Below are positions 9,373 through 20,449 of a stretch of DNA of 64,000 nucleotides, piece after piece. Position 1 is the first letter of the stretch. Every line of letters begins with the position of its first letter. Below the pieces are notes generated by a model. It was not told the DNA's origin, ran no database searches, and saw only the letters and a program-made list of their open reading frames with translations. The position numbers and the translations under genes are program-made. Source of the DNA: an uncultured Acidobacteriota bacterium (lineage in GTDB: Bacteria; Acidobacteriota; Polarisedimenticolia; J045); contig CAVPCQ010000021.1 in the NCBI GenBank assembly GCA_963702425.1, positions 96,001-160,000 of the forward strand, written 5' to 3'.

Positions 9373-11274
9373 ATGTCGATCGTTCTCGACCAGCTGACCA
9401 AGCGCTTCGAGGGCGTCCCGGTCGTCAACCACGTCTCGCTCGAGATCGCCGACGGCGAGTTCTTCGTCCTGCTCGGACCGTCGGGATCCGGGAAGAGCAC
9501 GATCCTGCGGATGATCGCCGGCCTGACCGGCGTCGACGGCGGCCGAATCCTGCTGCAGGGGCGCGACGTGACCACGCTGGCGCCGCAGTCACGGCACATC
9601 GGCTTCGTCTTCCAGCACTACGCGCTGTTCCGCCACATGACGGCGGCGGAGAACGTCGAGTTCGGGCTGAAGATCAAGAAGGTCGCCGCCGCGGAGCGCA
9701 AGCGGCGCGTGGACGCGCTGCTCGAGCTGGTCGGGCTCGCCGGCCTCGGCGGTCGCCGCCCGGTGCAGCTGTCGGGCGGCCAGCAGCAGCGGGTCGCGCT
9801 GGCCCGCGCGCTGGCGTTGCAGCCCTCCGTGATGCTGCTCGACGAGCCTTTCGGGGCCCTCGACGCCCGGATCCGCAACGAGCTGCGGCGGGTCGTGAAG
9901 CGGATCCACAAGGATCTCGGGATCACGACGATCTTCGTGACCCACGACCAGGAGGAGGCGTTCGGCCTGGCCGACCGCCTGGGAGTGATGAACCACGGCC
10001 GGCTGCTCGAGGTCGGCCCGCCCGACGAGCTCTACCTGCGGCCGCAGACCGAGTTCGTGGCGACCTTCCTCGGGACGGCGAACCTGCTGCTCGGCGAGTG
10101 CACCGAGAGCGAGGTCCGCGTCGGCCCGCTCTCCTTCCCGCTCGGGACCGAGACCCCGGCCGACGTCGCCGTCCGGCGCGTGCAGGTGCTCTTCCGCCCG
10201 GAAGACGTGGCCCTTTCGCCGTGGAACGACGACGCGCCGGCCGCATCGCTGGGGGCGGGCGAGGTCGAAGAGGTCGTCTTCGCCGGCGACCAGCAGCGGC
10301 TGCGGCTGAAGCTGCCGGCGCTCGGGGGGGTGCGGCCGATCGCGCCGCCCGTCCCGTTCGGCAGCGAGTCGATGCTGGTCGAGACGATCCGCTCGCAGGA
10401 GCAGGCGCGCGCGCTGCCGCTGGTCGCCGGCGACCGGGCCTGGGTCGGCGTGCGGCGGATCCACGCCCTGACCCACCCCGGCCTTTCGTTCCTGATGATC
10501 ACCGACGGATCCGCGGTCTCGCACGCGGCGCTCGGGCTGGGGAGCTACATCGCGCGCCAGGCCCACGCCCGGGCGACGGTGATCGGCTGCGGACGCGACA
10601 ACGCCGAGGCCGCCGCCGCGCTGCTGCGCGTGCGCGAGGCGCTGGGCCAGGGCGTCGCGTCGCTCGACGTCCGGATGAGCCCCGACGCGCCGGGCGCGGC
10701 CGTGACGCGCGAGGCGGAGCGCGAGCTGTTCGACCTCGTCGTGCTGGGTTTCCCGGCCGACGGCCTGGGTGACCTGCTGCGCCAGCTGCTCAACGCCGGC
10801 GACCACCACGTGCTGCTGGTCCGCGAGTCGCTCCCCGCGATCACGCGCGCCCTGGTCTGCGTCGGCGTCAGCGAGCCCGGGAAGCAGGACGTCCTCTTCG
10901 TCGCCCGCCTGCTGCGCCACCTGGGCGCGGAGGCCACCCTTCTGTCGGTCCTCGGCAAGGGGGACCAGAGCGCGGGCGCGGAGACGCAGGCAGAGCGCTT
11001 CCTCGCCGGCGGGCAGCGCACCTGCGCGCTGCTCGGCGTGCCGTCGCGCGCGCTCGTCCGGCACGGCGAGCTGGGCGACGAGATCCGCACCGAGCTGCGG
11101 GCGGGCGCCTACGACCTGCTCGTGCTGGGTGCGCCGCTCAGCAAGGACGACGCCGAGGTCGCGCTCTCCGCGCGCGCGCGCGACGCCTTGCGCGAACACG
11201 GACATACCCCGGTGCTCATCGTCCGCTCCGCGGTCGTGAGCCCGGCCCCCCACCCCGCCCACGATGAGGTGTGA
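9373..11274 (+). CDS. cysA: Sulfate ABC transporter ATPase (CysA-like) with two C-terminal universal-stress-protein (USP) domains
   Basis: GPSGSGKS, FVFQHYALFRHMT, LSGGQQQRVALARAL, LLDEPFGALD, VTHD; about 270 extra C-terminal residues with two USP-like units (TDGS...DLVVLG; VCVG...DLLVLGA...PVLIVR). Confidence 0.88.
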   Translation: MSIVLDQLTKRFEGVPVVNHVSLEIADGEFFVLLGPSGSGKSTILRMIAGLTGVDGGRILLQGRDVTTLAPQSRHIGFVFQHYALFRHMTAAENVEFGLKIKKVAAAERKRRVDALLELVGLAGLGGRRPVQLSGGQQQRVALARALALQPSVMLLDEPFGALDARIRNELRRVVKRIHKDLGITTIFVTHDQEEAFGLADRLGVMNHGRLLEVGPPDELYLRPQTEFVATFLGTANLLLGECTESEVRVGPLSFPLGTETPADVAVRRVQVLFRPEDVALSPWNDDAPAASLGAGEVEEVVFAGDQQRLRLKLPALGGVRPIAPPVPFGSESMLVETIRSQEQARALPLVAGDRAWVGVRRIHALTHPGLSFLMITDGSAVSHAALGLGSYIARQAHARATVIGCGRDNAEAAAALLRVREALGQGVASLDVRMSPDAPGAAVTREAERELFDLVVLGFPADGLGDLLRQLLNAGDHHVLLVRESLPAITRALVCVGVSEPGKQDVLFVARLLRHLGAEATLLSVLGKGDQSAGAETQAERFLAGGQRTCALLGVPSRALVRHGELGDEIRTELRAGAYDLLVLGAPLSKDDAEVALSARARDALREHGHTPVLIVRSAVVSPAPHPAHDEV

Positions 11275-11278
11275 AGCC

Positions 11279-12364
11279 ATGACGAAACGGCACGCGCCAC
11301 GTTCCCGACTTCCCGGATCTCCCGCGCTCCTCGTCCTGATTGCGGCGCTCGCCGTGTTCGGCGTGTCGTGCGGCGGGGGCGGAGGCGAGAAGGCGGGCGA
11401 AGCCGGCGGTACGGCGAAGCCTGCCGCGCGGATCACCCTCGGCGCTTATACGACGCCTCGCGAGGCCTACGGCGAGATCCTCCCGCTCTTCAAGCGGGCC
11501 TGGAAGGAGCAGTCGGGCCAGGACCTGACGTTCGAGGAGTCGTACCTCGGCTCCGGCGCGCAGTCGCGCGCGATCTGCGAGGGGTTCGAGGCCGACCTCG
11601 CGGCCCTGTCCCTGGAAGCCGACATCGACCGGATCGTCGAGTCCGGCCTGATCACCCACGACTGGAAGGACAACCCGACCAAGGGGATGGTCAGCACCTC
11701 GATCGTGACCTTCGCGGTGCGCAAGGGGAACCCCAAGGGGATCCGCGACTGGGCCGACCTGGCGCGGCCCGGGGTGCAGGTCCTGACGCCCAACCCGCGC
11801 ACCAGCGGCGGCGCGATGTGGAACGTGCTGGGGCTGCTCGGCGCGGCGCGGCGGGGGTTCGTCGCCGGCGTGCCGGCGGGCGACGAGGCCGCCGCGACCG
11901 AGTTCCTGAGGCAGGTGCTCAAGAACGTCACCGTGATGGACAAGGGGGCGCGTGAGAGCATCACGAACTTCGAGAAGGGGGTCGGTGACGTCGCCATCAC
12001 CTACGAGAACGAGGTCCTCGTGGGACGCGAGCGCGGGTTGGACTACGACCTGGTCATCCCCCGCTCGACGATCCTGATCGAGAACCCCGCGGCGCTGATC
12101 GACGCCTCCGTCGACAAGCACAAGACGCGCGAGGCCACCGCGGCACTCGTCGCCTTCCTGCGCGGCCGCGAGGCGCAGGAGGTCTTCGCGCGGCACGGCC
12201 TGCGCTCGGTCGACGCGCAGGTCGCCGCAGCCCACGCGGCCCAGTACCCGCCGGTGCAGGACCTGTTCACGATCGAGCAGTTCGGCGGCTGGAAGCAGGC
12301 GGTTCCGGCGATCTTCGGCGAGCAGGGGATCTACAGCCGCGCGATCGCCGAGATGCAGCGGTAG
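11279..12364 (+). CDS. sbp: Sulfate/thiosulfate ABC substrate-binding lipoprotein
   Basis: SYLGSGAQSRAI..G.EAD, VRKGNPKGIRDWADL, TPNPRTSGGAMWN, GDVAITYENE; lipobox-like FGVSC. Confidence 0.93.
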   Translation: MTKRHAPRSRLPGSPALLVLIAALAVFGVSCGGGGGEKAGEAGGTAKPAARITLGAYTTPREAYGEILPLFKRAWKEQSGQDLTFEESYLGSGAQSRAICEGFEADLAALSLEADIDRIVESGLITHDWKDNPTKGMVSTSIVTFAVRKGNPKGIRDWADLARPGVQVLTPNPRTSGGAMWNVLGLLGAARRGFVAGVPAGDEAAATEFLRQVLKNVTVMDKGARESITNFEKGVGDVAITYENEVLVGRERGLDYDLVIPRSTILIENPAALIDASVDKHKTREATAALVAFLRGREAQEVFARHGLRSVDAQVAAAHAAQYPPVQDLFTIEQFGGWKQAVPAIFGEQGIYSRAIAEMQR

Positions 12365-12384
12365 CGTCCGGAGTCTCACCGGCC

Positions 12385-13215
12385 GTGTTCACCGGCACGA
12401 GCGGCGGGAGCGCCACGCGCCTGGGCCTGCGCGCCCTGGCGATCGGCTATCTCGTCCTGATGCTGCTCGTGCCGGTCGCGGTGATCGTGCAGGACGGGTT
12501 CTCCGACGGGCTCGGCGGCCTCTGGGAAGCGGTCAAGAAGCCGACCGCCTGGCATGCTCTCGAGCTGACCCTCTGGACCTCGGCGGTGATGGCGGTGATC
12601 AACGCCGTGATGGGAACGCTCACCGCGTACGTGCTGGTGCGCGTCTCCTTCCCCGCCAAGCGGCTGGTCAACGCCGTGATCGACCTGCCGCTGGCGATCC
12701 CGACACTCGTCACGGGGGTGATGCTGGTCACGCTCTACGGTCCGCAGCACGCGCTCGGCGCGTTCCTCAACGACCGGCTGGGGTTCCAGGTGATCTTCGC
12801 GCCCCCCGGGATCATCCTCGCGCTGCTCTTCATCACCTACCCGTTCGTCGTGCGCACGGTGCAGCCGGTGCTGGAGGAACTCGATCCGGCGCAGGAGGAA
12901 GCGGCGGCGACGCTGGGGGCCGGCCCGATCCGGACCTTCCTCCGCGTCACCGTCCCCGAACTCTCCTTCGCGCTGCTCTCGGGGACGATTCTCTCCTTCG
13001 CACGGGCGATCGGCGAGTTCGGCTCGATCGTCATCGTCGCCGGGAACATCCCGCTCAAGACCCAGACAGCCGCGGTGTACGTCTGGGGCGAGGTCGAGTC
13101 CGACAACCGGCTGGGGGCCAGCGCCGTCTCGGTCGTGATGATGGCGATCACCTTCAGTCTCGTCCTGGCCGTCGACTGGATGCAGCGGCGGCGCGCCCGG
13201 GAGCGGTCCTCGTGA
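12385..13215 (+). CDS. cysT: Sulfate ABC permease CysT
   Basis: AYVLVRVSFPAKRLVNAVIDLPLAIPT, PFVVRTVQPVL, EEAAATLGA, FARAIGEFGS..IVAGNIP. Confidence 0.93.
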   Translation: MFTGTSGGSATRLGLRALAIGYLVLMLLVPVAVIVQDGFSDGLGGLWEAVKKPTAWHALELTLWTSAVMAVINAVMGTLTAYVLVRVSFPAKRLVNAVIDLPLAIPTLVTGVMLVTLYGPQHALGAFLNDRLGFQVIFAPPGIILALLFITYPFVVRTVQPVLEELDPAQEEAAATLGAGPIRTFLRVTVPELSFALLSGTILSFARAIGEFGSIVIVAGNIPLKTQTAAVYVWGEVESDNRLGASAVSVVMMAITFSLVLAVDWMQRRRARERSS

Positions 13216-14039
13216 GCGGCGGCGAGCGACGGCGGGCGGCGGGGCGGCCCCGCTGGGGGCGGATGCTGCTCGTCGGCGTCGTCGTCGGCTACCTCGCGCT
13301 GCTGATGTTGGCGCCGATCGTCGCGCTGATCTTCGGCGCGCTGGACGAGGGGCTCGGAGAGCTGGCCTCCGCCCTGGCCGACCCCAAGGTGATCCGCGCC
13401 TTCGGGCTGACGATCGTGATCTCGACGATCTGCGTCGTCGTGCACGGGGTGTTCGGGACGATCGTGGCCTGGGTGCTGGCGCGCCAGCGGTTCCCCGGGC
13501 AGCGCTTCCTGAACGGCCTGATCGACCTGCCGTTCGCGATCTCGCCGGTCGTCGCGGGCTACATGCTGCTGTTGCTGTTCGGCCGCCGCGGCCTGCTCGC
13601 GCCGCTGCTCGACGCGGTCGGCTGGAAGGTGGCTTTCGCCTTCCCCGGCATGGTGCTGGCCACGCTGTTCGTCACGCTCCCGTTCATGGTGCGCGAGCTG
13701 ACCCCGGCGCTCGAGGCCTTCGGCACCGACCAGGAGCAGGCGGCGGCGACCCTCGGCGCCCGGCCGTGGCAGATCTTCCGCTTCGTCACCTTCCCGGCGC
13801 TGCGCTGGGCGTTCCTCTACGGCGCGGTCCTGACCTTCGCCCGCGCGCTGGGCGAGTTCGGCGCCGTGCTGGTCGTGGGCGGCGGGGTCCAGGGCCGGAC
13901 CGAGACCCTGACCCTCTACATCTACCGTGCGCTCGACGACCGGCAGTACGCGGGCGCCTACGGGGCCGCGCTGGTGCTCGGCGCGCTTTCGCTCGCGCTC
14001 GTCCTGGGCGCCGAGTTCCTGCGCAAGAAGCGCCCCTGA
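13212..14039 (+). CDS. cysW: Sulfate ABC permease CysW
   Basis: DLPFAISPVVAG, LATLFVTLPFMVREL, EQAAATLGA, ARALGEFGAV; GTGA overlap with cysT. Confidence 0.93.
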   Translation: MSGGERRRAAGRPRWGRMLLVGVVVGYLALLMLAPIVALIFGALDEGLGELASALADPKVIRAFGLTIVISTICVVVHGVFGTIVAWVLARQRFPGQRFLNGLIDLPFAISPVVAGYMLLLLFGRRGLLAPLLDAVGWKVAFAFPGMVLATLFVTLPFMVRELTPALEAFGTDQEQAAATLGARPWQIFRFVTFPALRWAFLYGAVLTFARALGEFGAVLVVGGGVQGRTETLTLYIYRALDDRQYAGAYGAALVLGALSLALVLGAEFLRKKRP

Positions 14040-14083
14040 CGGGCCCTCCCCGCGCGCCCTCCGGAGTGCGAGAATAGGCGTCG

Positions 14084-16162
14084 ATGGACACCCCCCCGCG
14101 GGTCCGGCTCGGAGCGCTGCTCGTCGCGCTGAACGTCGTGCTGCTGCTCGTTGCCGTCACCGCCGTGACGCTCGTCGCCTCGCGGCTGATGCGTCAGCTC
14201 GCGCGGCAGGAGGCCCTGTCGCGGGTCACCTGGGCCGGCCTCGCCGTGCAGGAGTCGATCCGCGACGAGATCCGGAGCAGCGCCGACACCGCGCACCTGC
14301 TGGCCGAGCGGCCGCCGCTGGTACGGGCGCTGGAGACCGGCGACAAGCGCGGGCTGGCGGCGTTCCTCGAGCAGTTCGTCCGCGCCGGCACGGTCGACGC
14401 CGCCGCCGTGCTGGAGGGGGAGCGGATCGTCGCGATGAGCGGCGAGTCGGTCCCGTGGCGCATCTTTCTCGCCGAGCTGCCCGAGGGGCACGGCGTCTTC
14501 CTGCGCCCGCGCGCCAAGGGCGGACTCCTCCTGCTCGGCGGCACGGCCCCGGTCCCGGCCCGCCCCGGGGCGGTGGTCATGACCGCGTCCGTCGTGGACG
14601 AGCGGCTGACGAAGCGGCTGCAGGAGAAGGTCGGACTGACGATCGCGATCCTCGAGCGCGACCAGGTCCTGGCGACAGGCGCTGGGCCGCGCTCCTCCCA
14701 CCGCGTGAGCGCGCTGTCGCGCGCCGAGAACGTCGCCGTGCGGGACCGCCGCTCCGATGCCTACCTGGCCGAGATCCCGCTCAAGAGCCCGGCGGGAACG
14801 GTCGTCGGGCTGGTCGAGGTCAGCCTGCCGCTCGAGGCGGTGGACGGCCCGCTGCTGACGCTGCGCCGCAAGCTGGCCTACTGGGCGCTCGGGCTGGTCG
14901 CGCTCGCGACCCTGACCGGCTTCTTCATCGCGCGACGCGTCTCGCGGCCGGTGCTGGAGCTGGCCGACGCGGCGGAGCGGATCGGGCTGGGCGACCTGGC
15001 GACACCGGTGCCGCGGGTCGGCGGCGCGGAAACGAGCGCGCTGGCGGCCGCGCTCGAGAACATGCGTCGCGATCTGCTGCAGTTGACGACCAACCTCAGG
15101 CGGCAGCAGGCCGAGTCGCAGGCGATCGTCGCCGGGATCGCCGAGGGGGTTTTCACGGTCGATCGCGAGCGCCGGATCCGCTTTCTGAACCCCCAGGCGG
15201 CCGCGGTGCTGGGCCTGCCGCAGGACGCCGCGATCGGCCGCTTCTGCGGCGATGTCCTCAACCCGCAGGGGACGCACGGGGTGCGCCCGTGCGACGACAG
15301 CTGCCCGATCCTCCACGCTCGCTTCCGCGGGGGGGCGCGCGCCACCGAGCACCTCGTGCTGCCCGACGGCCGGCGGCGCACGGTCGTGATCACCAGCTCG
15401 CCAATCGAGGAGGGGGGCCAGGCCCAGGTCATGCGCGACGAGACGGAGGTCGAGGCGGTGCGGCGAATCCGCGACGCCGTGCTGGCCAACATCTCGCACG
15501 AGTTCCGGACGCCGCTCTCGGCGCAGCTGGCGTCGATCGAGCTGCTGCTCGACCAGATCGAGCGGCTGACGCCCGGCCAGGCCCGCGAGCTGCTGCTGGC
15601 GCTCCAGCGCGGCACGCTGCGGCTGACGCACCTGATCGACAACCTGCTCGAGAGCGTGCGCGTCGAGTCGGGAAAGGGAGCGATCCGCGGCGTGCCGGTG
15701 GATCCCGCGGAGATCGTCGACGACGCCGTGGAGACCCTGCGGCCGCTGCTCGAGCAGCGCGGCCAGCGGGTCGCGGTCGAGCTGGCGCAGTCGCTGCCGC
15801 AGATCAAGGGCGAGAAGACGCGGCTGGTGCAGGTGCTGGTCAACCTGCTTGCGAACTCGAACAAGTTCGCGCCGGAAGGATCCACGATCTCGATCCGCGC
15901 GGTCGGCGACGCCGACGCAGTGACGTTGTGGGTCGCCGACGAGGGCCCGGGGATCCCCGCCGACCGCGGCCCCGAGCTGTTCGACCCGTTCGTGCGCTCG
16001 ATCGCCGGCGAGGAGCCGGAGGAGAACGGCTTCGGGCTGGGGCTGTTCATCGCCAAGTCGATCGTCGAGCGGCACGGCGGGCGGATCGAGGCCCGGCCGG
16101 CGTCGGCGGGGCAGCCCGCCGCGGTCGGGATCACGCTGCCGCGGGCGCGCGAGAGGATCTGA
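14084..16162 (+). CDS. Membrane sensor histidine kinase (periplasmic sensor, HAMP, PAS, HisKA, HATPase)
   Basis: Two TM helices, HAMP, PAS, H-box ISHEFRTPL, N-box NLLANSNKF, DEGPGI, GLGLFI. Confidence 0.92.
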   Translation: MDTPPRVRLGALLVALNVVLLLVAVTAVTLVASRLMRQLARQEALSRVTWAGLAVQESIRDEIRSSADTAHLLAERPPLVRALETGDKRGLAAFLEQFVRAGTVDAAAVLEGERIVAMSGESVPWRIFLAELPEGHGVFLRPRAKGGLLLLGGTAPVPARPGAVVMTASVVDERLTKRLQEKVGLTIAILERDQVLATGAGPRSSHRVSALSRAENVAVRDRRSDAYLAEIPLKSPAGTVVGLVEVSLPLEAVDGPLLTLRRKLAYWALGLVALATLTGFFIARRVSRPVLELADAAERIGLGDLATPVPRVGGAETSALAAALENMRRDLLQLTTNLRRQQAESQAIVAGIAEGVFTVDRERRIRFLNPQAAAVLGLPQDAAIGRFCGDVLNPQGTHGVRPCDDSCPILHARFRGGARATEHLVLPDGRRRTVVITSSPIEEGGQAQVMRDETEVEAVRRIRDAVLANISHEFRTPLSAQLASIELLLDQIERLTPGQARELLLALQRGTLRLTHLIDNLLESVRVESGKGAIRGVPVDPAEIVDDAVETLRPLLEQRGQRVAVELAQSLPQIKGEKTRLVQVLVNLLANSNKFAPEGSTISIRAVGDADAVTLWVADEGPGIPADRGPELFDPFVRSIAGEEPEENGFGLGLFIAKSIVERHGGRIEARPASAGQPAAVGITLPRARERI

Positions 16163-16169
16163 CGCCGCC

Positions 16170-17087
16170 CTACCGGTCGATTCCCTCGTCCTCGTGCGAG
16201 ACCGGGTCCTCGATCGGCTCGAGGTGCGTCATCACGGTCGTCGGGCCGGGCAGCGCCTCGCGTACCTCGCGCTCGATTCGCTCCAGCAGATCGTGGCCGC
16301 GCTGGACCGTCCACTCCCCCGGGACCAGCACGTGGACCGAGATGAACCGCCGCTGCCCGGCCTGCCGCGTGCGCAGCGAGTGGAACTCGACTCCGCCTGC
16401 GGTGAAGCGCGCGAAGACCCGCTCGATCTGCTCGCGCTCCGGAACGGGAAGCGCGCTGTCCATCAGCCCGGTCGCCGAGCGACGTATCAGCTGCACGCCC
16501 GCCCAGACGATGTTGAGCGCCACGAGGATCGCGATGATCGGGTCGAGCGGCAGCCACCCGGTCAGTTGGACCAGCGCCACCCCGACCAGCACCCCGAGCG
16601 TGGTCCAGACGTCGGTCATCAGGTGCCGCGCGTCGGCCTCGAGCGTGATCGAGCCGTAGCGGCGGCCGACCCGCTCCAGCACGCGGGCGACCGCGAGATT
16701 GATCGTCGAGGCCACGACGGAGATCGCCAGGCCCACGCCGACGTGCTCGAGCGGCTGCGGGGCGAGCAGCCGTTCGATCGCGGTCGCGGCGATGCCCAGG
16801 GCGGCGACCAGGATCAGCGCCCCTTCGACCGCGCTGGCGAAGTACTCGGCCTTGGTGTGGCCGAACGGGTGGTCGTCGTCCGGGGGGCGCTCCGCGACGG
16901 CGAGCATCGCCAGCGCCGTCACCGCCGCCACGAGGTTGACGATCGATTCCATCGCGTCGGACAGCAGGCCGACCGAGCCGGTCAGGTAGTAGGCGCCGGC
17001 CTTGAGCGCGATCGTGGCCACCGCCGCGGCGATGGAGAGCCAGGCGTAGCGCCGAAGCGACGGCAGGGCGCTCGCGGGACGGATCAT
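16170..17087 (-). CDS. Cation diffusion facilitator (FieF-like)
   Basis: [50 protein letters not shown]; ATGA overlap with the MMPL gene. Confidence 0.92.
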   Translation of the reverse strand: MIRPASALPSLRRYAWLSIAAAVATIALKAGAYYLTGSVGLLSDAMESIVNLVAAVTALAMLAVAERPPDDDHPFGHTKAEYFASAVEGALILVAALGIAATAIERLLAPQPLEHVGVGLAISVVASTINLAVARVLERVGRRYGSITLEADARHLMTDVWTTLGVLVGVALVQLTGWLPLDPIIAILVALNIVWAGVQLIRRSATGLMDSALPVPEREQIERVFARFTAGGVEFHSLRTRQAGQRRFISVHVLVPGEWTVQRGHDLLERIEREVREALPGPTTVMTHLEPIEDPVSHEDEGIDR

Positions 17088-19399
17088 GGGCCGTCCTCCC
17101 ACCCGTCCGGACGCGCCCGGAAGAAGATCCAGAGCGCCGCCGGGAGGGCGGTGAAGTCCGCCAGCATCGAGAGCAGGAACGCGCTCGCGGTGACGATCCC
17201 GAACTGCCGCATCGGCGGCAGGTCCGACAGCGAAAGCGCGAGGAAGCCGCCGGCGTTGATCAGCGTCGCGAAGAAGATCGCCCGGCCCGCGACGCGGATC
17301 GCGTGGGTCAGCGCCTTCTCCGTGCTCGCGCCGCTGCGCATCTCCTGGAAGTGGTAGAAGAAGTGGACCTGGTCGTTCTCCGAAGCGCCGAGGACGGTCG
17401 TCGCGATCAGGATCGTCGCCACGTTGAGCGGGATCCCGGTCAGCCGCATCACCAGGAACATCGTCAGGATCGCGAACAGCGACGGGATCATCGCCATCAA
17501 CCGCGCCGCGCCGCTGCGGAACACGACGAAGAAGGTGGCGAAGATGATCGTCGCGGTCAGGAAGAAGCTCTCGACCAGCGTCGGCACGAGGTGCCCGCCG
17601 ATCTTGGCCTCGAGCAGCCCCTGGCCGACGACCTTCAGCGAGGTCCCGACCAGCGCGGGGTCGCCGGCCACCGTGGCCCAGGCCCGCTGCACCGCCGCGG
17701 GGAGCGCCCCCTCCGCCGGTTGCGCGCCGCGCCGCGCGACCGCGCTGACGTGGGTGGCGCCCAGCGTGTTCATGTCGACGAAGCCGCGCAACGCGGGCTC
17801 CGTCAGCAGCAGCTGCTCGAGGTCGGCGGCCATCGCCGCCTGCGCCTCCGGGTCCTCGGGCAGCGCGTCCCCCTCCCCAGCAGCGTAGCGCCGGAGCCGC
17901 AGGATGTCGGTCAGTCCGGTCGCGGCGCCGACCTCCGGCTGCGCGGCCAGCGCGCGGGTGAAGCGATCGACCGCGACGAGCGTGGCGGGATCGAGCACCG
18001 CTCCGGGCGAGGTCGTGATCCAGGCCGAGACCTGCGAGAGCCCGAGCACGTTCTCCCCGAACCAGCGGGTGTCACGGTAGACCGGCAGCCTGTGGTCGAC
18101 GTAGTCGAGCCCGCTGACCTGGAGCGGCATCGGCGCCACGACGCCGGGCACGCCGAAGAGCGCGCCGGCCCCGAGCAGCATCAGCAGCACCGACCCGAGC
18201 ACCAGCGCGTGGCGCCAGCGGTAGCTCCAGCGGGGGATCCGCTCGGCAGCCGCCTCGACCCAGCCCCCCGCGACCTGGCGCTCAACCACGCCCGGTGTGC
18301 GGAAGATCCGCTGCAGCGCCGGAAAGAGCGTGAAGCAGACGATCCAGCCGGCGGCGAGCCCCAGCGCGGTCCAGCTCCCGAGCTGGCGGATCGGCCGGAT
18401 CTGCGAGACCAGCAGCGCCGCGAAGCCGACCGCGGCGGCGAAGATCGACACCGTCACCGCCAGGAACTTGTTGGCCAGCGCGAAAACCTGGTGCTCGGCC
18501 ATCGGCACGCCGGGCGGGTGGTCGACGTAGCGCGAGTGCAGGTAGACCAGCGAGGCCGTGGCGGTGACCATCAGCGTCAGCGGCACGAGCGAGGAGATGA
18601 TCGTGAAGCCGAAGCCGAGCAACGCGCCGACCGCGACGCCGAGCAGGACGGCGATCGCGAGCGTGGCCAGGATCGCGGCCAGCGCGCGGAAGGAGCGATA
18701 GAGCCCGTAGACCAGCGCGACCACGAACAGCCCGAAGAGCGGGAAGTAGCGGAGCGACGAGCGCGCGGTCTCGCGCTCGAGCCAGGCGTCGACGAAGGGG
18801 CCGCCGACCCGGCGGACGGCGGTGATGCTGCCGTCCGCCGGGGCTGGGGCGAGCCCGGCGTGCTCGAGCGCGCGCTCGATCCCGACGAGCGCGGCATCGC
18901 GCTCGTCCGGTCCGCCGACGTCGAGCGCCAGCGTCACCCCCAGGAAGCCGTCACCGACGAGGGCCTGCCGGCGGAAGAAGTCCGTTCCGGCGACGAAGCG
19001 CCGCAGCGCTTCGGCCGCGCCGGGGGCTGCGGCCGCCGCCGAGTCGAGCCGCTGGAAGACGGTGAGCACCGAGACCGCCTGCACCCGGTGCACGCGCGCC
19101 AGCGCCGCCTCGAGCCGCTGGAGAGCCTCGATCACCGGCGGCGCGAAGGGGTCGGGCGCCTCCAGCACGAGGACTGCGCGCTTCGGCTCGGGGAAGACCG
19201 CCTGGAAGGCCCGCGTGTCGAGGTAGTCGGGGTCGTTCCGCACCACCATCTGCTCGATCGCGCTGTCCTGCGGGATCGAGAGGACGGCCCAGAGGGCGGG
19301 CGGCACCAGCAGCGCGTAGACGACGACGAAGACCCAGCGCAGCCCGACGATGCGCCGGAAGAACGGCTCGAGGACCGGATGTCGCGGTGGCGTGTCCAA
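17084..19399 (-). CDS. MMPL/RND family transporter (BstA-like)
   Basis: Two repeats of periplasmic loop plus TM bundle, with [21 protein letters not shown] and [20 protein letters not shown]. Start approximate (TTG 19399); the longer ORF-track N-terminus is antisense junk. Confidence 0.88.
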   Translation of the reverse strand: MDTPPRHPVLEPFFRRIVGLRWVFVVVYALLVPPALWAVLSIPQDSAIEQMVVRNDPDYLDTRAFQAVFPEPKRAVLVLEAPDPFAPPVIEALQRLEAALARVHRVQAVSVLTVFQRLDSAAAAAPGAAEALRRFVAGTDFFRRQALVGDGFLGVTLALDVGGPDERDAALVGIERALEHAGLAPAPADGSITAVRRVGGPFVDAWLERETARSSLRYFPLFGLFVVALVYGLYRSFRALAAILATLAIAVLLGVAVGALLGFGFTIISSLVPLTLMVTATASLVYLHSRYVDHPPGVPMAEHQVFALANKFLAVTVSIFAAAVGFAALLVSQIRPIRQLGSWTALGLAAGWIVCFTLFPALQRIFRTPGVVERQVAGGWVEAAAERIPRWSYRWRHALVLGSVLLMLLGAGALFGVPGVVAPMPLQVSGLDYVDHRLPVYRDTRWFGENVLGLSQVSAWITTSPGAVLDPATLVAVDRFTRALAAQPEVGAATGLTDILRLRRYAAGEGDALPEDPEAQAAMAADLEQLLLTEPALRGFVDMNTLGATHVSAVARRGAQPAEGALPAAVQRAWATVAGDPALVGTSLKVVGQGLLEAKIGGHLVPTLVESFFLTATIIFATFFVVFRSGAARLMAMIPSLFAILTMFLVMRLTGIPLNVATILIATTVLGASENDQVHFFYHFQEMRSGASTEKALTHAIRVAGRAIFFATLINAGGFLALSLSDLPPMRQFGIVTASAFLLSMLADFTALPAALWIFFRARPDGWEDGP

Positions 19400-19492
19400 G
19401 ACGCGCCAGCATACCGGACCCTCAACGCGGCGTGTTAGGATCGCGCGGTGCGCTCGTCGAGTTGCGCGCCGCGCGGCGCCGCTCTTTCCGAG

Positions 19493-20449
19493 GTGATCGT
19501 GCGCTCGCCTTACCGGACTCGCCTGCCCTTCTCGCTCGCCGTCGCCCTTCTCGCCGCCGTGCTCGCCACCGCGGGGAGTGCGGCGCCGGCCGCGCCGGCC
19601 GCGCCCCCGACGCTCGTCGCCTGGGCCCCCGGGTTCCCGGGCTCGACGAAGGAAGCCCAGCCCACGATGGACGCGCTGGCCGCGGCCATCGCCACCGCCG
19701 CGGGCCTGCCGCCCGACGGCCTTGCGGCCGTCTACCAGGAGTCGGAAAAGGGCGGGCTCGCCCGGCTGCAGCAGCCCGACGCCGCGCTGGCGCTGGTCGC
19801 GCTGCCCGCGTTCCTGAAGCACGGCAAGGAACTCGGCCTCGTGCCCCGGCTGGCCGTCGTGTCGGCGGGCGCGCCGGACGCGAACGAGACCTGGAGCCTG
19901 GTCGCCGGCAAGGGGAAGCTGAAGGGCGCCGCCGATCTCGACGGGTGGCAGCTCGTCAGCGGCGCCTCGTACGCGCCGCGCTTCGTGCGCGGCCCGGCGC
20001 TCGCCGCCTGGGGCGCGCTGCCGGCCGGCGTCGCGATCGCTCCCGCCGGCGCGGTCCTGTCCGCGCTGCGCCGCGCGGCGAGCGGCGAGAAGGTCGCGCT
20101 CCTGCTCGACCGCGCGCAGGCCGATGCGCTGGCGACGCTCCCCTTCGCGAAGGACCTCGAGGTCGTGGCGCGCTCGGCGCCGATGCCGGGGGCCTTGCTC
20201 TGCACGGTCCGCGGCCGCCTGCCGGAACCGGAGGCCGCGGCGCTCGTCCAGGCGCTGGCCGGCCTGGCCGCGCGCCCCGATGCGGCGGCCGCGCTGGCGG
20301 GGGTGCGCATCGCGCGCTTCGCGCCGCTCGACGCGATCGCGCTCGAGAAGGTGCGCGCCGCGTACGATGCCATACCCGACACCGCACCCGCGCCGGCGCC
20401 CCCTGCCGTGCCCGCGACCGCGCCGGGCGCGGCAAAGCCCGCCCCGTGA
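19493..20449 (+). CDS. Periplasmic substrate-binding protein, PhnD/SsuA-like (BstB-like)
   Basis: Signal peptide; APGFPGST.EAQPTMD, LSALRRAASGEKVALLLD..Q...L.TLPF...L.VV.RS, consistent with a type II binding-protein fold. Start approximate. Confidence 0.72.
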   Translation: MIVRSPYRTRLPFSLAVALLAAVLATAGSAAPAAPAAPPTLVAWAPGFPGSTKEAQPTMDALAAAIATAAGLPPDGLAAVYQESEKGGLARLQQPDAALALVALPAFLKHGKELGLVPRLAVVSAGAPDANETWSLVAGKGKLKGAADLDGWQLVSGASYAPRFVRGPALAAWGALPAGVAIAPAGAVLSALRRAASGEKVALLLDRAQADALATLPFAKDLEVVARSAPMPGALLCTVRGRLPEPEAAALVQALAGLAARPDAAAALAGVRIARFAPLDAIALEKVRAAYDAIPDTAPAPAPPAVPATAPGAAKPAP

